From positions 62,001 through 120,849 of the forward strand of contig CDROCS010001564.1 in assembly GCA_977020255.1 (NCBI GenBank): a stretch of 58,849 nt of DNA. The letters run 5' to 3'. The translations under genes were made by a program, and so were the position numbers. Position 1 is the stretch's first letter, and each line of letters opens with the position of its first letter. Positions 52,012 through 58,849 of this stretch are shown here, in pieces. Below the pieces are notes generated by a model. It worked only from the letters and a program-made list of their open reading frames with translations, was not told where the DNA came from and searched no databases. Source of the DNA: Obrimoposthia wandeli (taxonomy: Eukaryota).

Positions 52012-52142
52012 GAGTTTTGCACGCGTAGCATTAGGTCATTCGTTCCTGGGGACGCAGCAAGTACTTCCCTGTATGCTCTCCACAGCTCCCTGCTGCGGGA
52101 AGCCCCTGCAACAAACAACCTAATACTTCGGCACGAGAACTG
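52012..52142. repeat. Long imperfect hairpin element (REP/MITE-like), core on - strand
   Basis: Arms TAGGTCATTCGTTCCTGGGG / CCCCTGCAACAAACAACCTA; loop core rc = GCAGGGAGCTGTGGAGAGCATACAGGGA. Confidence 0.6.
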
Positions 52143-52261
52143 TTCCAGATTAGGAACTTTCAACTCTCAGAATAACGACGGCTTTGAATTTATGGGTAAG
52201 CCGTCAGATGTTATTTATTTTCCTGATGTGAAATCTAAGAAGATATTTAGGCTACTGTGCG

Positions 52262-52376
52262 GATCGGTATTGGGTGTTTTATTTAAGGCCTTCTGAGGCA
52301 GGAGCCGAGGAGAGCTACAGGGAGAGCGAAGCGGCGTATTCACGCGTGCCGCAGAATGAAATACCCAATGGCGATC
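52262..52376. repeat. Second long imperfect hairpin element, core on + strand
   Basis: Arms GATCGGTATTGGGTGTTTTATT / AATGAAATACCCAATGGCGATC; core GCAGGAGCCGAGGAGAGCTACAGGGA at 52298-52323. Confidence 0.6.
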
Positions 52377-52442
52377 TTGAGCTCAGTTGCGAGAATGCTC
52401 TCGCGTATCGGCGCTTTAGAGTAAACCAAACGAGAGACTAGA

Positions 52443-53258
52443 ATGCCAGAATTACCCGAAGTAGAAACCACCAAACGTGGCATCGAAAGTTATCTCAAGG
52501 GATATGCCTTAGAAGCCGTAAAAATCCGTCAGGGGCGTTTACGTTGGCCTGTAGGTGAAGAGATTCAAGCTTTGGAAGGTCAGGTTATCAAGTCGGTGAC
52601 CCGTCGTGCTAAATACATCTTGGTTGAGTTTGAAGCGGGTTATGCACTTTGGCATTTGGGCATGTCTGGATCACTGCGTTTAGTCGAGCCAAGTGAAGCG
52701 GAAAATTACGGCAAGCATGATCATATCGACTGGCAGCTTTCTAGCGGTAAGATTTTACGCTATCACGATCCTCGTCGTTTTGGAGCTTTGCTCTGGGTTG
52801 AAGATCCCGTGGATAATAACTACATCAACCATCTTGGCCCTGAGCCGCTAACCGATGAATTTGACGCTGCCTATTTGTACGAGAAAAGCCGAGGCAGAAA
52901 AGCTCCGATTAAAACCTTCATAATGGATGGTAAAGTCGTTGTCGGTGTCGGTAATATTTACGCCAATGAAAGTTTGTTTCTAGCAGGAATCAAACCCACG
53001 GCACCCGCAGGAAAAGTCAGCAAAATAAGAATGGAAAAGCTGGTTCTCCATATTAAACAAGTGCTAGCGGCCGCTATTGAGCAAGGGGGAACTACCTTAA
53101 AAGACTTTGTTGGAGGTGATGGCAAACCTGGTTACTTCGCTCAACAGCTCAATGTATATGGCCGCGGTGGTGAAGAGTGCGTGACATGTAAAAAGACCTT
53201 GAAGGAAATTCGCCAAGGTCAAAGGGCAACGGTGTATTGTCCTGCCTGTCAGAAATAG
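52443..53258 (+). CDS. mutM: Formamidopyrimidine-DNA glycosylase
   Basis: MPELPEVET; HLGMSG; GVGNIYANE; C-terminal CVTC...CPACQ zinc finger. Confidence 0.98.
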   Translation: MPELPEVETTKRGIESYLKGYALEAVKIRQGRLRWPVGEEIQALEGQVIKSVTRRAKYILVEFEAGYALWHLGMSGSLRLVEPSEAENYGKHDHIDWQLSSGKILRYHDPRRFGALLWVEDPVDNNYINHLGPEPLTDEFDAAYLYEKSRGRKAPIKTFIMDGKVVVGVGNIYANESLFLAGIKPTAPAGKVSKIRMEKLVLHIKQVLAAAIEQGGTTLKDFVGGDGKPGYFAQQLNVYGRGGEECVTCKKTLKEIRQGQRATVYCPACQK

Positions 53259-53333
53259 TGTGTTAAAAGTAAGCAGTCAAAATTAAGACGTTAGATTTAA
53301 GATAGTTAAAGTAAAAAAATTAAAGGAATAAGT

Positions 53334-54342
53334 ATGCTGAACAAGGGATTGTTGCTCAAAGTATTGGGCTTATGCGTTATTTGCTCTAGCCATGTTGCCG
53401 TGGCAGACGATGAAATCGGTATACCCACTCGTCAGGATGTATTGGAAGAATATGCGAAGGGCTTGGATTACCTTGATGATAAGGTATTTATTTATCAGGT
53501 TGATTTGAGTGGAAATGGTTATCAAGATCTGCTTTTGACAACCTCTAATGATACTTATGCAGATTTGAATCGTTTTGGTTTAAGAGCATTTGCATTATAT
53601 CCAAGGTTGGCAACTTCAACTGAATATTATTTGTCAGCGGCTAATATCTCATTATATGTTAGTGATGAATTAGGGGTGTCTTCTGAATTTAGCGCTCAGC
53701 AGGTGATATTGAAGAGCTACGGAACCCATCATAAAAATTCGCCAACGCCAGAGTATTATTATTGGATGGACAGCGAATATAAAATACATACGAATAACAA
53801 ATTAAGAGTGGCGGGTGAAATCTATATCGATATGAATGTAGATATAGAGAATAAAGTTAAAGAATCGTTTGTAGGTAAGGTGAGACTAAGTCAGTTATTG
53901 AAAAAAACTTTAACAGTTGGAGAGATATTGCCTGAGCAACTGAAGTCTACTAAGCAGACCTATGAGGATTCAATGGAGAGTAAATTATGGATTTCAAGCT
54001 CAGAATACTTAGTGGAAGGTAAAAGAACTTCTTCTAATAAATATGAATGGGTTGAAGATGAGGCGCGCACTTATTTAGGTGATTATATTGGATCGAAAGG
54101 AACTATATACCAGTGTGCGAGGTCGCAAGAATTTTACCACCATAGCTGCTACACAGCATGTAGCACTTTTAAAGTTAAATGATGATGGAACTGTTCGCTG
54201 GAAATATAAACCCATTCTAGCTCCTGAATGGGCAAAGTCCCATCCTGAAGCAGCGACTAAAATAAAACTCTTATCTGAAAGCTGTTTACCGCGAGAAGTT
54301 TGTGAACCAACAAATATCGAGAATTCAATTAATATAACGTAA
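53334..54342 (+). CDS. AT-rich exported hypothetical protein, probably one gene split by a frameshift (ORFs 53334-54182 and 54079-54342)
   Basis: Signal peptide ending VAVA-DD; two overlapping ORFs in different frames; no family recognised. Confidence 0.5.
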
Positions 54343-54472
54343 TTTTGAGCAATTGCCAAGCAGACCATACCCGGCTTTGCATGCAAACAGAGCTAGAGCG
54401 CTAGTTTGGGGCCACCAATTTGAAGATGCTTGTTGTGAAGCAAAATAGGCAGGGGCAGCAATAGGCTGTCGA

Positions 54473-54503
54473 TCAGATCAAGGGGTCAGAGTACTTGATC
54501 TGA
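54473..54503 (+). repeat. REP-like hairpin, copy 1
   Basis: TCAGATCAAG-GGGTCAGAGTA-CTTGATCTGA. Confidence 0.75.
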
Positions 54504-54586
54504 ACCTTTTCTAAACTACCCCAATGATGCGTATGTAATTTTTTGTTTCTACAAAAAATATCATACAGACTTTCCCAAATAATTTG

Positions 54587-54610
54587 AATCAAGTACTCTG
54601 CCCCTTGATT
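54587..54610 (-). repeat. REP-like hairpin, copy 2 (inverted; overlaps lipase stop codon)
   Basis: rc = AATCAAG-GGGCAGAGTA-CTTGATT. Confidence 0.75.
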
Positions 54611-55988
54611 AACGTGCTTTCATCAGGTCGGCAGCCGCCTGAATTAACTTCCCCCCCTGCCTGACTGAGCGATAAACTGCCTCTGCTACACCAATGTGAG
54701 TACTATCAACAACTTCTGAAGCAGACTTAACAACAGGGATTTTTTTAAGTATTACATGAGGCTCTTTAGCAATAGAGAGATGTACTTTTTCTACGGCATC
54801 AATGGTTTTTTCAAATCCTACCGCCATTAGGTCAAGCGCGCCAGCTATCATCTCTTGTTTTGAAGGTGAGGAAGAGGGCGATGGTGTAGCCTGGCTATTC
54901 TCACTCACTATCGACAGTACGGTTCTCTGAACGCTAAAGTCTATATCCGCATCATCATAAACAACTAATTCGTGTGTTAACCCTGCTTCATCGATCCACT
55001 GTTTCATTTGCTGATACACACGTTCCGTATGCGCTAGAGGCATATGGGGAATTCCTTCAAAGTGAGCAAATTTACTATTTTCAGGCGCTGACTCAGGGTT
55101 TGCACTTTTATGTGTGACCAATGCGTCACCAAAAACCTTATTCAATAAGCTATCTGGTTCTTCAGAAAGAGAGCCACTGATAAAGCAATGAAGCGCCCCC
55201 TTATAAAAACTACCACAAGGCCCGCTTTCATCGTCTTCAGCATCCGCATCTCTTAAATGGGCTAAGCCATGCTTAAGGTCCTGAATGCCTTCACTACGAA
55301 CATCAATCCAGTCTGCCCAATGGTTTATATAGTCCTTCGGAATTGAGCGCACAATAGAGCTTGCTAAATGTCCAAACTTCTCAAAATATGAGCCTTCATG
55401 TGGTGTTCCCAAGTAAAAACAATGACTTAATTTATCAAGCCAGGGAGTCTCTGCTTCGCTAGCTTCTTGTTGGGCATAACGCATTAACAAGCCCCCCATA
55501 CTGAAACCAACAAAAACAATTTCATCAATGGGCTTAGGGTAGGCCGACTCTAGTTTATTCATTAATTGTGTAAATAGGCGCCCATTTTCTTCAATAGATA
55601 AACCCGTGTTATAACGCAAAAATAAAGGGGTGTAGCCAAAATCTTTTTGTAAATGAAGACCATAATTTGCAACAGGAGCGGCTTCTGATTCTGACTTAAC
55701 CGTTTCTTCAGTTTCAATATCCCAAATAGTTTCGAGATTGGTTAAACCATGCAACAACACTACAACCTTGTTCGTCAGCCCTACATCTGAGTTAGACTTC
55801 GACAAAGCATCAAGCGATAACAACGGAGAACCTTGGTGATAAAAACCCATTTCTATAGCCAAAGGGTTATTTTGCTTGGCAAGGTAGTCACCAACCACAC
55901 CGTTGAGCACTGCTCGACTAATATTCCCCCAACGCTTGTAGTCAACGTTAAATTGCTCTTTGTTATCTACGCTATTCATGTCATCCAT
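54609..55988 (-). CDS. Alpha/beta-hydrolase, PGAP1-like lipase/esterase
   Basis: LLHGL; PLFLRYNTG; nucleophile elbow GFSMGG; LGTPHEGS; GDALV; HMPL. Confidence 0.85.
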   Translation of the reverse strand: MDDMNSVDNKEQFNVDYKRWGNISRAVLNGVVGDYLAKQNNPLAIEMGFYHQGSPLLSLDALSKSNSDVGLTNKVVVLLHGLTNLETIWDIETEETVKSESEAAPVANYGLHLQKDFGYTPLFLRYNTGLSIEENGRLFTQLMNKLESAYPKPIDEIVFVGFSMGGLLMRYAQQEASEAETPWLDKLSHCFYLGTPHEGSYFEKFGHLASSIVRSIPKDYINHWADWIDVRSEGIQDLKHGLAHLRDADAEDDESGPCGSFYKGALHCFISGSLSEEPDSLLNKVFGDALVTHKSANPESAPENSKFAHFEGIPHMPLAHTERVYQQMKQWIDEAGLTHELVVYDDADIDFSVQRTVLSIVSENSQATPSPSSSPSKQEMIAGALDLMAVGFEKTIDAVEKVHLSIAKEPHVILKKIPVVKSASEVVDSTHIGVAEAVYRSVRQGGKLIQAAADLMKAR

Positions 55989-56154
55989 AGTTCACTCCTC
56001 TCTGAAACAAAATCAAGTGTACAGCTGTACACTAAGTTAATGTCATACAGATAAAAAAGCAACCATCATTGTGTCAACCGCTGAACTAATTAAGCGTTAG
56101 TGCTAACAAAAAGGCTAGCAATGTAAAAGCGCACCTAGATCAAGGGTCAGTTGT

Positions 56155-56176
56155 TCAAGGGGTCAGAGTACTTGAT
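56155..56176 (+). repeat. REP-like hairpin, copy 3 (partial copy at 56137-56150)
   Basis: TCAAG-GGGTCAGAGTA-CTTGAT; ~30 bp upstream of the mutM fragment. Confidence 0.75.
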
Positions 56177-56208
56177 TTTAGACTTTTTCCTGATTGCCTG
56201 ATTGATTA

Positions 56209-56739
56209 GAGCCCAGTGAGACTGAAAACCTCGGTAAGCATGATCATATTGATTGGCAGCTTTCTAGCGGTAAGATATTACGTTATCACGATCCTCGTCG
56301 TTTTGGCGCGCTGCTGTGGGTTGAAGATCCGATGGATAATAACTACATCAGCCATCTAGGCCCTAAGCCATTAACCTATGAATTCGATGCCGCTTATTTG
56401 AATAAGAAAAGGCGAGGTAAGAAAGCCCCGTTAAAACTTTCATTATGGATGGTAAGGCCGTGGGAGTTGGCAACATCTACGCAAGCGAAAGCCTCTTTCT
56501 AGCAGGTAAAATCAGCAACGTTGGTTCTCCATATCAAGCAAGTACTTGCGGCACCAATTGAACAAGGTGGTACAACGCTAAAAGACTTTGTCGGTGGTGA
56601 TGGCAAGCCTGGTTACTTTGCGCAGCAGCTTAATGTATATGGTAGAGATGGTGAAGAGAGAGTGACCTGTAAAAACATTCTGAAGGAGATTCGCCAAGGT
56701 CAAAGAGCAACGGCTTATTGCCCTGCTTGTCAAAAATAG
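56209..56739 (+). pseudogene. mutM: Decayed duplicate of the 3' ~70% of mutM
   Basis: Aligns with 52686-53258; 1-bp deletion near 56430, internal deletions, first Zn-finger Cys changed to Arg, no 5' end. Confidence 0.95.
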
Positions 56740-56768
56740 GCTGTCAGGAATAGATCCCTAAAAATTAG

Positions 56769-57524
56769 CTATCCCTTAATCATTGCCCAAGCCTTCCCTA
56801 ATAATTCATACCAAGTGCGCTCTGTTTTCAGCAGAGCGCTAGTCTCTATTTTCCAATTTGATGTTTCCGTTGGAGCACCAAAATGTGCTGGAGCTGCGAT
56901 CGGTGCTAAAGCCTTTCCTTCGATACTCTGTTGTTCAAACCAGTTTATCGAACGCTGCATGTGAGATGCCGACGTCACTAGAGCAAACGTTTTACCATTA
57001 AGAAAAGGTGCGGTCAGTTCGGCTTCTTCCTGAGTATCCTGAGCGGTAGGGAATAAACGGATTTTCTCTTCCGGTACACCTAGACTTAAAGCTATTTCTC
57101 CAGCCACTTCGGCATAAGGCCGGCTCTCATTACCGGCATAGCCCGATAGTAAAAGCTCAGCGTCTGGGTTAGCTTGCCAAATACGGTAGCCTTCCATTAA
57201 ACGATATAATCCTGTGCCGCAAAGCTGGGCCATCGGTGGAATTTCTTCGCTTACTGTATGGCAGTTTCCTAATACGACAATGGCATCCACGGGTTGTGAT
57301 AGATCAAAGCTAGGGTATTGGTGCTCTAGTGGATAGAGCACTGAGTTAGCAAAAGGCTGCCAGCTGAATAGCATGAGTAAAGCAACTCCAGAGAAGGCAA
57401 TTATGCGGCCGATGGCTACCTTCCAGAAACTCAGAATTAATCCAAAGAGAATAATTAAGCAGCAAAAAGGCAGAGGCATGAGCCACATGCTAATTAACTT
57501 TTTGATGATAAAACCGAGTTCCAT
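56769..57524 (-). CDS. ElyC/YdcF (DUF218) envelope protein
   Basis: MWLMPLP TM; AIVVLG; LLLSG; DTQEEA; LVTSASHMQRS; WYELLG. Confidence 0.85.
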   Translation of the reverse strand: MELGFIIKKLISMWLMPLPFCCLIILFGLILSFWKVAIGRIIAFSGVALLMLFSWQPFANSVLYPLEHQYPSFDLSQPVDAIVVLGNCHTVSEEIPPMAQLCGTGLYRLMEGYRIWQANPDAELLLSGYAGNESRPYAEVAGEIALSLGVPEEKIRLFPTAQDTQEEAELTAPFLNGKTFALVTSASHMQRSINWFEQQSIEGKALAPIAAPAHFGAPTETSNWKIETSALLKTERTWYELLGKAWAMIKG

Positions 57525-57579
57525 GCGCTACCTTAATTTGAGTTCATTCTGACTATTTAGAAAATAATTTTACAAGCCG

Positions 57580-58849
57580 TTATTCTGAAATTTGAGCCTG
57601 ACCAAACGCTCTAGGATCAGAAGCCGCTGTCACCGCACCTGTTTTCTTATCCCATAAAACTGCCTGCATATTGCCGTATTCACGACCAATATTTTTCAGC
57701 TTATGACCTTTGCTTTCAAGAGCATTAATTTCTGCGGCACTGAAAGTATTCGGCTCGTGCTGAATCACATCCGGCAGGTATTGATGGTGAAAGCGTGAGC
57801 GGCCAACCCAATCACTAACAGGCTGCTGATCAATGTGCTCTAGCATGCCGAGCATTACCATGGTGATAATACGACTTCCGCCAGGAGTGCCGATTAACGC
57901 AACGGCATCATCACTTTCAACAAATGATGGACTCATGCTGGAAAGAGGACGTTTGTTGGGTGCAATAGCGTTAGCTGCATTGCCGACTAAGCCATAAGCG
58001 TTTGGCTCACCAGGCTTAGCAGAGAAATCATCCATCTCGTTATTTAATACCACGCCGGTATTGGCCACGGTAAAAGCAGAGCCAAAAGGAAGGTTAATAC
58101 TTAATGTGGCTGAAACGCGGTTGCCTGCTTTATCGATCACAGAAAAGTGAGTGGTATGGAAGCCTTCCTGAATATTCTTCGGGCCTTTTAGGCTCAAGCT
58201 GCTGGTGGCCTTGTTCATGTCGATGCTCGCGATATAGATTTTAGCCCGTTCTAAACTGATCAACTCGGCCGTTGGTACATCTACAAAATCAGGGTCGCCT
58301 AAAAACTCAGCGCGATCTTTATAAGCTCGGCGCATAGTCTCCACAATTAAGTGAGTTTTATCGGCGTTATTGAGTGTCTTGAGATCGTATTGTGAAAGCA
58401 TATTGAGCATGGCTGCAATCGCGATTCCGCCAGAAGAAGGGGGCGGAGCGCTGACGATTTTATGGCCTTTGTATTCAATCTCAATCGGCTGGCGTTCTAC
58501 AATATTGTAGTTGGCTAAATCTTCAGGTCAGAAATACCGTTGGCGGCTTGTACCCCAGCGATTAAGCGGCGAGCGCTTTCGCCTTTGTAGAAGCCATCAA
58601 AGCCTTTATCGGCAATTTGTTGCAGTGTCAGGCAAAGGTCCGGGCTGGCAATTGGGTAATCAATTGCGAGGGATTTTCTGCTCACTGTCTAAAAGATACT
58701 CGCGCTGGTTGGGTAGCGTTTAAAGATTCTCAAGACTGATAGCTTTGATAGTGATGATAAACAGGGGAAGCCTTCATTCGCTGATTGAATCGCAGCGGCT
58801 AAAGGTTTTTCTTTAACGGCAGTTGGCCGTATTTTCAACTAGGTGAACA
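57580..58849 (-). CDS. ggt: Gamma-glutamyltransferase, 5' end outside window; several frameshifts at ~58500-58849
   Basis: HTTHFSV, NNEMDDFS, PLSSMSP, GTPGGSRI; upstream pieces QIADKGFDGFYKG and APPPSSGG lie in shifting frames. Confidence 0.9.

Noticed and set aside
51960-52163. 67-aa - strand ORF
   Set aside because: Translates a palindromic repeat element; no RBS or family motif
54075-54386. 103-aa - strand ORF in the island
   Set aside because: Antisense to the better-supported + strand frames; no motifs
54345-54470. Possible transposase/RAYT remnant next to the REP-like hairpin
   Set aside because: Short frames with stops and no HUH or DDE motif; cannot be supported by eye

Overview
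Mostly core chromosome of a marine-type gammaproteobacterium. Gene order matches the Pseudomonas dut-algC-argB-pyrE-crc-rph-gmk-rpoZ-spoT-oxyR-recG-sadB-rub-ubiCA-phoB block; an Oceanospirillales/Oleispira-like host is inferred, not shown. The window runs from the end of the atp operon through glmUS, uvrD, a split TRAP transporter, tRNA-Thr, the conserved block above, radC-rpmB-rpmG-mutM and elyC, into ggt. Main non-obvious signals: (1) two tandem near-identical non-coding genes at ~20.08-20.22 and ~20.68-20.82 kb (- strand) that look like CsrA/RsmA-sequestering sRNAs, each with a conserved IHF site and UvrY/GacA-like box; (2) beside them, a small protein with an N-terminal MshEN-like c-di-GMP module followed by a Cys-rich, signal-peptide-like segment; (3) a ~3 kb accessory island bounded by intact mutM and a decayed, divergent copy of its 3' part, carrying REP-like hairpins, a split secreted protein and an apparently permuted lipase; (4) an accessory interval between atpC and glmU with an AT-rich gene pair, a HepT toxin remnant, ubiTUV and a TrmB-type regulator with a palindromic operator; (5) phoB without phoR, and a catalytically degenerate Crc orthologue. 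Indel clusters in rpmB/rpmG and ggt are probably sequence errors. No CRISPR array, prophage, integrase or intact IS was seen. All family calls are from motif recognition and recall; no searches were run.
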